Below are positions 34,074 to 44,007 of a DNA stretch of 64,000 nucleotides, piece by piece. The DNA comes from an uncultured Candidatus Saccharibacteria bacterium (GTDB lineage Bacteria; Patescibacteriota; Minisyncoccia; Minisyncoccales; UBA1441). Position 1 is the stretch's first letter. The number at the start of each line of letters is the position of its first letter. The notes under the pieces were generated by a model. That model was given only the letters and a program-made list of their open reading frames with translations, ran no database searches and had not been told where the DNA came from. The position numbers were made by a program, and so were the translations under genes. The stretch covers positions 87,188 through 151,187 of the forward strand of contig CAZNED010000001.1 of assembly GCA_964572275.1 (NCBI GenBank), given 5' to 3'.

Positions 34074-34349
34074 ATGCCCCGCCCAAGACTTTGTCGCAGA
34101 ATTAGATTTCAACCAAATATTTACTATTTTAAACCGCAGGGAATTCCCATGCGGCTACTTTCTGTTGTGGAATTATCGCTTGAAGAAGTTGAGGCTCTAA
34201 GATTAAAAAATATACAAGGCCTGGACCAAATAGCATGCGCCCAGAAAATGAAAACTTCTCAAAGTACTTTTCAAAGAATTCTTGCTTCAGCTTACCGCAA
34301 GATCAGCGATGCTATTATTAATGGCAAAGCCATTAAAATAATCACCTGA
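34074..34349 (+). CDS. DUF134 (UPF0251) family putative DNA-binding protein
   Basis: 91 aa. MPRPRLCRRI...FKPQGIP...LSLEEVEALRL...GLDQIACAQKM.TSQSTFQRIL. Confidence 0.75.
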   Translation: MPRPRLCRRIRFQPNIYYFKPQGIPMRLLSVVELSLEEVEALRLKNIQGLDQIACAQKMKTSQSTFQRILASAYRKISDAIINGKAIKIIT

Positions 34350-34483
34350 TTTTTATTTTAATCAAAATAATTTAAAAACTTACGATAAAAAAATAAGCCA
34401 TTCCAGATCATTATCAGTATGCAATAATTCCAATGTGGAAAATTATATTTGCTTAAATCGCTCGAATTGGCATAATAGAAAAT

Positions 34484-34546
34484 AAGAGGGATTTTAGGAG
34501 GGTTATCATGTGAAGGAGGACTTGTTAAGGAGGATTATGCAGGAGG
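34484..34546 (+). promoter_or_regulatory. Array of five SD-like purine motifs in the leader of the 34576/35228 operon
   Basis: AAGAGGG (34484-34490), AGGAGGG (34496-34502), AAGGAGGA (34513-34520), AAGGAGGA (34527-34534), AGGAGG (34541-34546). An extended -10 TGgCATAAT (34468-34476) lies just upstream. Confidence 0.55.
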
Positions 34547-34575
34547 TTTTTCGTCCCTTATTTTGTATTTCAAAC

Positions 34576-35220
34576 ATGAATAAAAAATTAAAAATTGAAA
34601 TTGTTATCCTTGGTTTCTTCTTACTCATTCTTCTATCGGTAATTTTCCTAATATATCGATTACAGCCGAGAGATGTAGATCTCTCAGAGATTTCTGAAGG
34701 AAACTTATTAGATCAGATAGAGTGGGATGGGGTTAATAATTATCAGTTATCATTAATCCCTACTGGAACCGAAATTAAGCATTATCCTTCAAATTTCACT
34801 ATGTCTATATCCGATGATTGGATTGTAGAAACAACTGAAGTAGAAGAAGGATTGGATCAAGCTATTGTTCATGCTAGATTAAGAAATAGTTCTTTTGACG
34901 CCAATCAGATTATCATAAAAGGCTGCTCATTCGATCTGGGATTTACGCAGTCACCGCTTAGGTGGCAATCGACTCAAGAAACTATTGATATTCTGAAAAA
35001 TAAAAGTAATGATTCTCAATCTTTGCAAGTCATAGCAAATGAATCAATAAATGGATTACACCAAGAATATCATGCTCAAAATGAACATCTCTTCACTGAT
35101 CTTATTATCCTTTCGGATAATTATTATTTGTTAGAGATATCTGCTATTTTTTCCAAGGATTATCAGGGGCGTTGTACTGAGCTGTTATATCAATCTCTTG
35201 ATTCAATAGAAATAAATTAA
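34576..35220 (+). CDS. Membrane-anchored protein, unknown function (start ambiguous)
   Basis: The track ORF starts at GTG 34510. ATG 34537 and ATG 34576 (MNKKLKIEIVILGFFLLILLSVIFLIY) are alternatives. Confidence 0.55.
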   Translation: MNKKLKIEIVILGFFLLILLSVIFLIYRLQPRDVDLSEISEGNLLDQIEWDGVNNYQLSLIPTGTEIKHYPSNFTMSISDDWIVETTEVEEGLDQAIVHARLRNSSFDANQIIIKGCSFDLGFTQSPLRWQSTQETIDILKNKSNDSQSLQVIANESINGLHQEYHAQNEHLFTDLIILSDNYYLLEISAIFSKDYQGRCTELLYQSLDSIEIN

Positions 35221-35227
35221 TTTACTT

Positions 35228-38200
35228 ATGTCACTAATTAAAAACATAGGTCGGTTTTTTGTTGTTTTCTTCGCTGCATATCTTATATCTGCTACATCCG
35301 CTTATGCCAATAATCTGTCAGTTGATTTGACTCGCACAGGAACAATTAGGCACTTAGAAAATATTCAAAGAATCATTCGCTCATCTTTGATAGATAATTT
35401 TGTTGATGCGCATTATTCTCTTGATGAAGCTGGAGCAATGGCAATTATTAGTCATTGCATTAATTCTGAGACTGTTACTTACTGGTTGCAAGATATTCCG
35501 CTTCAAACCACAAAGAATATGGCTTTAAGGGTTATATCTCTCGCTTATTCTAGTATCACCGATGGCATTGCTAGTTCTATTATTGGTTCTCTGGAACAAT
35601 TATCCGTTGAGCAGGCTAGCCAAATTGCTTCTGATTTGTTACAGAAAAATAATATACAAATAGCTGGTGGAAGCTTAAAGAGCTCTTATCAAGATCAAAA
35701 TAAAAAGATACAAAATCCTGATATCCAATACCTCTTGACTTATCATCCAGAAGGAACAGATTGGGGAAAAATTGTTGCAGAATTTCGCTCTCCTTATCCT
35801 GTATTTCCCCCACCAACTACATCTCGCACGGTTTGGGATTATTACAGTTGGCGAACATCGGGCCAAGAAACTATTCCTCCATTTATTATAAATATAAATG
35901 GTTATGCACAAGAAAAATATGGGTTATTTGAATGGATAGATAAACCTGCAATTGAAATTAGTTTTCCTGCCACAGTTCTAGATCTTTACATTCCCACTAA
36001 CCAAAGTATTTGGGAACACATTATTGATGGAGCTATTAATTGGGGGCAGCAAAAAATAAATAGCTTGGGAGCATGGCTAAGTACTCTTATGGTCGGCCCT
36101 CATTCTGTATCCAGCGATGAATTAGATCAGTTGAAAAAGACGGTAAATGCGCTAGAGGAGACTGTTGAAGAAAGCCAGATATCAAATGAATTATCATTAG
36201 ATCAATACTTTTCAGATTTCATTGAAGAATTGATGATTGTTGCAACTAACCTCGCGGATCTTTCCGAAGAAAACAAAAATATCAGTCAAGAAATAACTGC
36301 TATTGTGCAATATAGTTCTGAAATTATGAAATGGCAGGCTGAAAATTCAATACCACCAGTAATTGAAGAATCAACAGAATCTACCCAAGAAGAAGAAAAA
36401 GATATCTCTGAAAACAATGATACGATTTGCTCAATCAATTCCCTATCTCCTAGTCTCAATTCAATCATTATTAATGAAATAGCTTGGATGGGGCGAACAT
36501 CTTCTACCAACCATGAATGGATTGAATTAAAAAACATTTCTAGCGAGAAAATATCTCTTTCTGGTTGGCAGTTATATAATCAATCCCAAGATTTAATGAT
36601 TAATTTTGAGGAAAATCAATTCATTGATCCTTTCAGTTTTTTCTTGTTAGTGCGCGCAGATAGTAGTTATGTCCCTGAAGCAGTTGCCGATCATATTTAT
36701 TCTGGAGCAATCAAAAATCTTAATGAAGGCATCTATCTATTCAATGATAAATGCCAACTCCAAGATTTTGCACAAGCTAATCCGGCATGGGAAAGCGGCG
36801 ATAATACAACTAAAAGAACCATGGAAAGAAATTCTTCTTTAGCATGGCACACAAGTACTTTTATTCATGGTACGCCACGTTCTACTAATAGCTCTGGATA
36901 TCAAATTAATTCTTCTTATGGCAATGGATCGTCATCTTCAAATACGAATCCTATCGTTGATAATCAGGTACCTATTGCTAATGCTGGACCAGATCAAATT
37001 GTTGATTTTAATCAATCAATTATTTTAGATGCCAGTCTTTCAAGCGATAATATCGGCATTGTGTCATATAAATGGGATATAGATGGTGATGATCCATTTG
37101 ACTATCAATCAACAGAAAATATCCTTGAATTACCTGGTGGAATTCTTGTACCTGGAGAACATCTTCTCGCCTTGCAAGTCTCTGATGCTGCTGGCAATAA
37201 TGGTCAGGATGAATTAATCATAATTGTGAATGAAATTCCTGAGATTTTAATCAACGAAATTCAATTCCACGGCGAAACTAATCATGATGAATTCATAGAA
37301 CTTTATAATCCTCACGATTATGCTATCAATCTCGAAGCATGGTCTCTACGCAAGAAAACATCTGGCGGAGATGAAAGTAATTTAGTCTCGTCAAGTAATT
37401 TTTCGGGCGTCATCAATGGCCAGGATTATTTTCTTATAGCGAATCCTCAGCTTCGCGAGGATGGAGAGCCTCATTACCAAAGTGAAATCATCCCCGATCT
37501 TTATTATTCTGGACAAACATACTATATTTCTTCTGACAACACTATCCTGCTGTATGCCCCCGATGGTTCATTATCTGATAAAGTTGGCTGTGGAAATGTT
37601 TCAGATTATGATAGTAATCCATTTCCAGATAATCCTCCTCCGGAAATCAGTTTGGGGCGTCGATGGTTAGGAGAGCAATATGCTGATACTAATAACAATA
37701 ATTTAGATTTTGAGTGGCAATTTCCTACTCCTCGATCGCAGAATTTATCATGGGAGAATGAAGAAGAGCAAGAAGATTCTGGTTCTGAAGATATTGAAGA
37801 TACTCTGCAAGATGGTTCTGAAGAATTTCCTTTTCTTCTTTCAACTTGCCCTGATTTATTAGGCATGAATGATCATCTGGGCGCCTATTATCAGCTAACA
37901 AAAGATATCGATTGCCAAGAAACAGCAACATGGCATGAGGGCCATGGATTTGAACCCATCGGTTTATTCGAATCATCCCCTTTTGTTGGTAAACTCGATG
38001 GCCAGGGATTTAGTATTTCTAATCTGTATATAGGCAATCATGAAAATTACGGCGGATTCTTTGCCAGACTTTCTTATCCAGCCCATGTTATAAATCTGAA
38101 ATTAGAAAAAATAACTATTGAAACAGAGGGTTATTATATTGGTTTATTGGCTGGGAATGCTAGAGGAAGCGATGATGATCATCCTGTAATCATTTCTAAT

Positions 38201-38905
38201 GTATCAGTTGAAGGATCATTAAATACTCATCATTATTCGACGAATGCCCCTCAAGATGTTGGGGGATTGATTGGTTTGGGCCAATATATCATCATTGATG
38301 AAGCACATTCTCAGATTTTCATTGAGGCTGATCATAAGGATGGACACAATGTCTCTAGTATTGGAGGCCTATTTGGGCAAATCAACCATGCAAAGATTTA
38401 CAATTGCTCATCCCAAGGAAGTATTGCTGGTTGGAGAAATATTGGTGGTTTGATTGGTCAAACTGGAACTGATATTGATGTACAGAAAAATTATGCATCT
38501 GTTGATATCATCGGTGAGCAGATATTAGGTGGATTTGTCGGTATTACTCACAATACATCTGGTATCTTGCAAAACAATTATGCCACAGGAAATGTTACGG
38601 GTTGCTCAGAGAATGGCCAAAGCATTGGGGGATTTGCAGGACAGTCCAATGAATGGATAAAATATTCTTATGCACGTGGAGCTGTTGATGGGAAGCAAAG
38701 TTATGGATTCATCGGAAGCAAACCTATTAATCGATCAGATCCTGTGTGTGATTCTTACTACGACATAAATACATCTGGTCGATCTGGGAAAAATCTTGGA
38801 GCGATCGGGATGATTACCACTGACATGTTCAACCAAAATAATTTCCCTGACTGGGATTTTGAAGAAATCTGGCAAATTAATGATAATTACCCTACTTTGC
38901 GTTAA
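35228..38905 (+). CDS. Giant secreted protein with two lamin-tail-like (LTD) domains, a PKD-like domain and C-terminal GLUG-type repeats
   Basis: 1225 aa. Signal peptide ...ATSAYA. LTD-like segments INEIAWMG...EWIELKN...LSGWQL and INEIQFHGE...EFIELYNP...LEAWSL. PKD-like segment PIANAGPDQIV...YKWDIDGD. Repeats GGLIGLG, IGGLFGQ, IGGLIGQ, LGGFVGI, IGGFAGQ. Confidence 0.75.
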   Translation: MSLIKNIGRFFVVFFAAYLISATSAYANNLSVDLTRTGTIRHLENIQRIIRSSLIDNFVDAHYSLDEAGAMAIISHCINSETVTYWLQDIPLQTTKNMALRVISLAYSSITDGIASSIIGSLEQLSVEQASQIASDLLQKNNIQIAGGSLKSSYQDQNKKIQNPDIQYLLTYHPEGTDWGKIVAEFRSPYPVFPPPTTSRTVWDYYSWRTSGQETIPPFIININGYAQEKYGLFEWIDKPAIEISFPATVLDLYIPTNQSIWEHIIDGAINWGQQKINSLGAWLSTLMVGPHSVSSDELDQLKKTVNALEETVEESQISNELSLDQYFSDFIEELMIVATNLADLSEENKNISQEITAIVQYSSEIMKWQAENSIPPVIEESTESTQEEEKDISENNDTICSINSLSPSLNSIIINEIAWMGRTSSTNHEWIELKNISSEKISLSGWQLYNQSQDLMINFEENQFIDPFSFFLLVRADSSYVPEAVADHIYSGAIKNLNEGIYLFNDKCQLQDFAQANPAWESGDNTTKRTMERNSSLAWHTSTFIHGTPRSTNSSGYQINSSYGNGSSSSNTNPIVDNQVPIANAGPDQIVDFNQSIILDASLSSDNIGIVSYKWDIDGDDPFDYQSTENILELPGGILVPGEHLLALQVSDAAGNNGQDELIIIVNEIPEILINEIQFHGETNHDEFIELYNPHDYAINLEAWSLRKKTSGGDESNLVSSSNFSGVINGQDYFLIANPQLREDGEPHYQSEIIPDLYYSGQTYYISSDNTILLYAPDGSLSDKVGCGNVSDYDSNPFPDNPPPEISLGRRWLGEQYADTNNNNLDFEWQFPTPRSQNLSWENEEEQEDSGSEDIEDTLQDGSEEFPFLLSTCPDLLGMNDHLGAYYQLTKDIDCQETATWHEGHGFEPIGLFESSPFVGKLDGQGFSISNLYIGNHENYGGFFARLSYPAHVINLKLEKITIETEGYYIGLLAGNARGSDDDHPVIISNVSVEGSLNTHHYSTNAPQDVGGLIGLGQYIIIDEAHSQIFIEADHKDGHNVSSIGGLFGQINHAKIYNCSSQGSIAGWRNIGGLIGQTGTDIDVQKNYASVDIIGEQILGGFVGITHNTSGILQNNYATGNVTGCSENGQSIGGFAGQSNEWIKYSYARGAVDGKQSYGFIGSKPINRSDPVCDSYYDINTSGRSGKNLGAIGMITTDMFNQNNFPDWDFEEIWQINDNYPTLR

Positions 38906-38929
38906 TTAACACCACGAAGATTAAAAGCG

Positions 38930-38951
38930 CCCCTCTCTTTGAGTAGAGGGG
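38930..38951 (+). terminator. Hairpin terminator of the giant gene
   Basis: CCCCTCT/AGAGGGG stem followed by AGCTTTT. Confidence 0.5.
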
Positions 38952-38990
38952 AGCTTTTAGCATCATCCTTCAAAGAATGTTAATATGATG

Positions 38991-39062
38991 TAGCCCCGAG
39001 GAGAATCGAACTCCCGTTACCAGGATGAAAACCTGATGTCCTAACCACTAGACGACGGGGCC
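38991..39062 (-). tRNA. tRNA-Glu (UUC)
   Basis: Cloverleaf GGCCCCG...CGGGGCT. Anticodon loop TTTTCAT. Confidence 0.85.
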
Positions 39063-39087
39063 ATGACTCATATTCTACAAAAGGATT

Positions 39088-40293
39088 ATGAAAAATCAAG
39101 AAAAAATAAAGATTTTAGGGATAGAGACATCTTGTGATGATACGGGAATTGCCGTATTATCTTCCAATAAAGGCGCTGTTGATTTGAAAAATATACGGAT
39201 ATTAAGCAACCTTATTTCTTCTCAAGTATCGATTCATAAACGCTGGGGTGGCGTCGTTCCAAATCTCGCACGAAGAGAACATCAAAAAAATATTATACCT
39301 CTTTTGCAAAAAGCTCTTAAAGAATCTCAATCTTTAAAATCTCAGTGGCGATGGCAGATTGACTTGCGTGAAAAGATGGTCATCCAAGAAATTTTGGTAC
39401 GCGAGAAATATCTTGCGCGTAAATTAAAATATTTTCTGAAAAAATGGAAACGGCCAGATATTGATTTAATAGCCATCACTATTGGCCCGGGGCTAGAACC
39501 GGCTCTTTGGGTTGGAGCAAATTTCGCTTTAGCATTATCCAAGATTTGGAAAGTATCACTAATAGGAGTTGACCATCTAGAAGCGCATATTGTTGCCAAT
39601 TGGCTGAACGAAGGAAAACTGCTAGACAATTGGCCGAATATAGCATTAATTGTTTCCGGTGGTCACACAGAATTAGTTTTAATGAAAGAGCTTAACTTGT
39701 ATGAAATAATTGGGCAGACCCGAGATGATGCTGCCGGAGAATGTTTCGACAAAGCTGCTAGAGTTTTAGCGTTGGAATATCCCGGCGGTCCGGCCATTTC
39801 AAGATTAGCAGAAGAATGGAGAAATATTGATCAATCTAAAGTTCCTCAAGAAATATTAGAAATCGCTTTGCCTCGCCCCATGCTACATAGCCCAGATTAT
39901 GATTTTAGCTTTTCAGGCTTGAAAACTGCCATTATCCATCAGCATCGCAATCAGTCTCCCGACATAATCAAATCTGCTTATTATAACCAAAAAATGGCTG
40001 CTGAAATTGAAGACGCCATTAATGATGTTCTTATCTCAAAAACTATCAAAGCAGCTAAAGAATATCGCGTTCACAATATATTTGTTGGTGGCGGAGTCTC
40101 AGCTAACAAATCATTACGGCGACGGTTTGAACAAAAAGCCATAGAGTATGGTCTAAAAATCTCTATTCCTCCCCTTCAGCTATGCACCGATAACGCTGTC
40201 GTCATCGCCTTAGCTGGTCTTATTCACTCAAAAAAAGCCACTTTATCTGATACAATTAAAGTCAACGCTAATCTTAATTTAGATAATGGATAA
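39088..40293 (+). CDS. tsaD: tRNA N6-adenosine threonylcarbamoyltransferase TsaD
   Basis: 401 aa. Motifs ILGIETSCDDTGIAV, VDHLEAHI, SGGHTEL and GGVSAN. Carries an extra segment of about 50 aa after residue 75. Confidence 0.85.
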   Translation: MKNQEKIKILGIETSCDDTGIAVLSSNKGAVDLKNIRILSNLISSQVSIHKRWGGVVPNLARREHQKNIIPLLQKALKESQSLKSQWRWQIDLREKMVIQEILVREKYLARKLKYFLKKWKRPDIDLIAITIGPGLEPALWVGANFALALSKIWKVSLIGVDHLEAHIVANWLNEGKLLDNWPNIALIVSGGHTELVLMKELNLYEIIGQTRDDAAGECFDKAARVLALEYPGGPAISRLAEEWRNIDQSKVPQEILEIALPRPMLHSPDYDFSFSGLKTAIIHQHRNQSPDIIKSAYYNQKMAAEIEDAINDVLISKTIKAAKEYRVHNIFVGGGVSANKSLRRRFEQKAIEYGLKISIPPLQLCTDNAVVIALAGLIHSKKATLSDTIKVNANLNLDNG

Positions 40294-42343
40294 ACGTTTT
40301 GATTTCCAAAAAATTGAACCGGAGATATACAAGAAATGGGAAGATTGTGAATATTTTAATCCCGATAAATTGCCAGGGCAAAGATCGAAAACTTTCACCA
40401 TCGTTATGCCTCCGCCTAATATTACCGGGTCACTCCATATCGGACATGCTCTAAATAGCAGTGTTCAAGATGTAATCATTAGACGAAAAAGGATGCAGGG
40501 CTATCGAGCGCTTTGGCTGCCCGGCTTTGATCATGCCGGAATCGCCACGCAAAGTGTTATTGAAAAGAAATTAATAAAAGAAAAAGGCATCTCGCGACAT
40601 GATTTAGGCCGAGAGAAATTTATAGAAAACATCTGGAAATGGAAAGATGAATATCAAACAATCATCACAAATCAATTGAAGAAAATCGGGGCTTCTTGTG
40701 ATTGGTCTCGGGTCCGCTTTACATTAGATGAAGACTATAGTCGATCTGTTAAAGAAGCTTTTGATTATTATTATAAAAAGGGATGGATTTATCGAAAAGA
40801 AAGAATTATTAATTGGTGCCCTCGTTGTGGAACTGCCTTATCCGAACTAGAACTTGAATATCGTTCTGAGAAAACATATCTTTGGCATATTCGTTATCCT
40901 CTGAGCGGGAAAAACGGTTATGTTACCATCGCTACCACTCGTCCCGAAACTATGTTTGGAGATTTAGCTATCGCTGTAAACCCAAAGGATGCACGTTATA
41001 AAGAACTCATTGGGCAGAAAGTCATTATTCCTATCGCAGGCAATATTATTCCTATTATTGGTGATTCAGTAATTGATCAAGATTTTGGCACCGGAGCATT
41101 AAAAGTAACTCCTTCTCATGATTTAGTTGATGCTGAGATTGGTGAAAGACATCAATTGGGGACTAAAATTATCATTGGTTTCCAAGGAAAATTAAACGAT
41201 CAGGTTCCCGATGAATATAAAGGATTATCGTTAACAAAAGCTCGAGAAAAAATCGTTGAAACTCTAACAGCCGAAGGATTGCTTGATAAAATTGAAGAAT
41301 ATCAACACGATATTCCTGTTTGCGAAAGATGCCAGAGCAAAATAGAGAGCATCCCATCAGAACAATGGTTCTTAAAAATGGATCATCTGGCCAAAATAGC
41401 CTCAGAACCTATAAAATCTGGGGAGATTAAATTTTACCCTACTCGTTGGAAAAAAGTTTATTTAGATTGGTTGGATAATATCAAAGATTGGTGTCTATCT
41501 CGACAAATTTGGTGGGGGCATCCTGTCCCCCTAGACGGAGAAAAAGATGTGCTTGATACTTGGTTCAGTTCTGCCCTTTGGCCATTTGCTGTATTCGGAT
41601 GGCCAAAAAAAACTTCTGATTTATCAGAATTTTATCCCACTAACTTTTTAGCAACAGCTACGGATATTATAAATCTATGGGTTGCTCGCATGATATTTTC
41701 TGGCATTGAGTTTATGGATGAAGTACCATTTTCTGAAGTTTATTTTCATCCAACCGTATTCAATAAGAAAGGTCAAAGAATGAGTAAATCTTTAGGAACG
41801 GGAATCGATCCCCTGGATTTGATCAAGAGATATGGAGCTGACGCCACTCGCTTCGGGCTACTTTGGCAAACTGGATCTAATCGCCAAGATATTCGCTTTG
41901 GCGAAGAAGATATCATTATGGGTCAAAAATTTGTGACTAAGCTTTGGAATGCCGCCAGATTTGTTATCAGCCAAACTGAGAAATATGATCTAACAGATAT
42001 CAACCTTCAAGATATTGATAAAGAAAAAGAGATTATCAAAAAAACCAATGATTTAATTCGAAAAGTCGATCAATTACTTGATCAATATAGATTTGATCAA
42101 GCATCTCAAGCGATTTATCATTTCTTTTGGCACGATTTTTGTGATCAATATTTAGAAGGGATAAAAGATGATTTAAATGATGAGAAAAAGCGGCTTGAAA
42201 CAATAAATAATTTATTTTATATCCTCACGATTATTACCAAGTTACTTCATCCTTTCATACCTTTTGTAACCGAAGAAATATATCAGAAGCTTCCTTTGAT
42301 GAATAAAAAAGATTCCCTAATCATTGAAAATTGGCCTGAATAA
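40286..42343 (+). CDS. valS: Valine--tRNA ligase (short form, 685 aa)
   Basis: Motifs PPPNITGSLHIGHALN and RMSKSLGT, with a ValRS-type editing region. The long C-terminal coiled coil of typical ValRS is missing. Confidence 0.8.
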   Translation: MDKRFDFQKIEPEIYKKWEDCEYFNPDKLPGQRSKTFTIVMPPPNITGSLHIGHALNSSVQDVIIRRKRMQGYRALWLPGFDHAGIATQSVIEKKLIKEKGISRHDLGREKFIENIWKWKDEYQTIITNQLKKIGASCDWSRVRFTLDEDYSRSVKEAFDYYYKKGWIYRKERIINWCPRCGTALSELELEYRSEKTYLWHIRYPLSGKNGYVTIATTRPETMFGDLAIAVNPKDARYKELIGQKVIIPIAGNIIPIIGDSVIDQDFGTGALKVTPSHDLVDAEIGERHQLGTKIIIGFQGKLNDQVPDEYKGLSLTKAREKIVETLTAEGLLDKIEEYQHDIPVCERCQSKIESIPSEQWFLKMDHLAKIASEPIKSGEIKFYPTRWKKVYLDWLDNIKDWCLSRQIWWGHPVPLDGEKDVLDTWFSSALWPFAVFGWPKKTSDLSEFYPTNFLATATDIINLWVARMIFSGIEFMDEVPFSEVYFHPTVFNKKGQRMSKSLGTGIDPLDLIKRYGADATRFGLLWQTGSNRQDIRFGEEDIIMGQKFVTKLWNAARFVISQTEKYDLTDINLQDIDKEKEIIKKTNDLIRKVDQLLDQYRFDQASQAIYHFFWHDFCDQYLEGIKDDLNDEKKRLETINNLFYILTIITKLLHPFIPFVTEEIYQKLPLMNKKDSLIIENWPE

Positions 42344-42344
42344 T

Positions 42345-43037
42345 ATGCATTTTTCCTTACTCATTATCTTTGCTTTCCTACCGTCGTTTGTTTGGTTATG
42401 GTTCTTTTTAAAAAGAGATCAAAACCCCGAACCGCGATTAATGATTGCGAAAGCTTTTCTATTCGGAGCATTGATGGTTGCCCCTGCTATTATTACTCAA
42501 TTTATTTTGGAATCTATCTGGCCGGGATTCATTATTTCTTTAATATTGGCATCATTTATCGAAGAGTTGGTCAAATATGGTGCCGCTCACTGGAGTACAT
42601 TAAAATCTTTTGCGCTTGACGAGCCTGTTGACGTTATGATTTATATGATCACCGCCGGATTGGGTTTTGCAGCTGTGGAAAACCTCATTGTTCTTATCGA
42701 CCCATCTATTATTAATATTTCTATCGTCATTAGTGCTAGCGCTATGCGATTTTTAACAGCTACTTTCATTCATGCCCTAACTTCCGGACTTTGGGGCTAT
42801 TTCATTGCTTTGCAAAAAATCCATAAAAAGAAATCATTACTTTGGCTAGGATTATTTCTCGCCACAGGTATTCACGCTCTCTATAATCTAGGCATTGTTG
42901 GTCTGAGTGAACAGATGGACAATCGTGCTTACTTGGCTTATACTTTACTACTGATAATACCATTGGGAGCGGCTATTCTTGATACTATTGCTTTTGCCCA
43001 TTTGAAAAAAATAAATTTTCCCAAAAATGACTACTGA
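42345..43037 (+). CDS. PrsW-family intramembrane protease-like protein
   Basis: Multi-pass membrane protein with FIEELVKY and HALYN motifs. The track start 42324 overlaps valS; ATG 42345 follows the valS stop. Confidence 0.65.
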   Translation: MHFSLLIIFAFLPSFVWLWFFLKRDQNPEPRLMIAKAFLFGALMVAPAIITQFILESIWPGFIISLILASFIEELVKYGAAHWSTLKSFALDEPVDVMIYMITAGLGFAAVENLIVLIDPSIINISIVISASAMRFLTATFIHALTSGLWGYFIALQKIHKKKSLLWLGLFLATGIHALYNLGIVGLSEQMDNRAYLAYTLLLIIPLGAAILDTIAFAHLKKINFPKNDY

Positions 43038-43398
43038 AAACTCATCTTCTGTAAAAAATAAGAATTGGCTCGAGGAAGAAGGAAAGCTTGTAGTTGATGT
43101 GATCGAGAATAAAGATTTTTATTTAATTCAATCAGCTATCGCCGGAATTGACATTAAGAAATTAGAAATTGTCTTTAAAAGCAATATGCTTTCGATTTCT
43201 GGCTATCGCCCACGCCCTGATGATGAATATGGAAACTATCTCTTGCAAGAGTGTTATTGGGGTAAATTTTCACGCCAAATATCTTTAGATGAGAACATTG
43301 ACCCTAGCCACATTAAAGCTTCCATTAAAGATGGCATATTAACTATCAGAATTCCCAGAATTTCTAAGAAACAAAGAAAAGTTGAGATAAAAGAATAA
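43027..43398 (+). CDS. Hsp20/alpha-crystallin small heat-shock protein
   Basis: 123 aa. ACD with GILTIRIPR near the C-terminus. Confidence 0.8.
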   Translation: MTTENSSSVKNKNWLEEEGKLVVDVIENKDFYLIQSAIAGIDIKKLEIVFKSNMLSISGYRPRPDDEYGNYLLQECYWGKFSRQISLDENIDPSHIKASIKDGILTIRIPRISKKQRKVEIKE

Positions 43399-43400
43399 AA

Positions 43401-43435
43401 AAATCCTCCTAGGAATTTCTCTCTAAGGAGGATTT
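43401..43435. terminator. Bidirectional terminator (hsp20 / pilin-like gene)
   Basis: 10-bp stem AAATCCTCCT/AAGGAGGATT flanked by an A-run and a T-run. Confidence 0.65.
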
Positions 43436-43442
43436 TTATTTT

Positions 43443-43871
43443 TTAATTAATGCCAGTGATATAGCGCACTGCCGATGGAACTGCCCGTGCTAAAAGAGCA
43501 ATTATTAAACCTATTACCGCAAAAGTAATGGTTTTTGTTGCTTTACTTGTTTTCGTTGGATCTCCGGATGAGGTTAAGAAAGTAAAAGCCCCGTAAAGAA
43601 TCATAACCATTACCACAATCATTATTAAATAGAAGATCCAATTTGTGACGTAATGAACCGTTGCAATAAAACAAATTAATCCCCAATCGTCATACTCTTC
43701 AGAATCAATCCTTTGACCCGGTTCAAATTCATTATCACCAATAGTAAAACGAGCCCTAATTGTACAACCAGTCGGCTCCTCATCAGCCAACAAATTGGTA
43801 TCAGCTGATGCCATTAAGCCAGAAAACAAAAGAATGCTAGTTATTGTTAATAAAAGTATTTTTTTGAGCAT
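43443..43871 (-). CDS. T4SS-pilin-like (TrbC/VirB2-type) small membrane protein, paralog 1
   Basis: Start reassigned to ATG 43871 (MLKKILLLTITSILLFSGLMASA); the track extension to 43943 runs through tRNA-Leu. C-terminus NWIFYLIMIVVMVMILYGAFTFLTSSGDPTKTSKATKTITFAVIGLIIALLARAV. Confidence 0.7.
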   Translation of the reverse strand: MLKKILLLTITSILLFSGLMASADTNLLADEEPTGCTIRARFTIGDNEFEPGQRIDSEEYDDWGLICFIATVHYVTNWIFYLIMIVVMVMILYGAFTFLTSSGDPTKTSKATKTITFAVIGLIIALLARAVPSAVRYITGIN

Positions 43872-43916
43872 ATAAATTAAAATATTATCTAAGAAAAATT
43901 TATATTCCCACCGCGG

Positions 43917-43999
43917 TGCGGGTGGAGAGACTCGAACTCTCACGGACGAAGTCCACAGGATCCTAAGTCCTGCGCCTATACCAATTCGGCTACACCCGC
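43917..43999 (-). tRNA. tRNA-Leu (UAG), long variable arm
   Basis: GCGGGTG...CACCCGC acceptor stem, anticodon loop CTTAGGA, variable arm TGGACTTCGTCCGT. Confidence 0.9.
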
Positions 44000-44007
44000 T
44001 CGCAGTT

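Noticed and set aside
43872-43943. N-terminal extension of pilin paralog 1 in the track ORF (GTG 43943)
   Set aside because: The extension is the tRNA-Leu 3' half read as protein. ATG 43871 gives a normal signal peptide.
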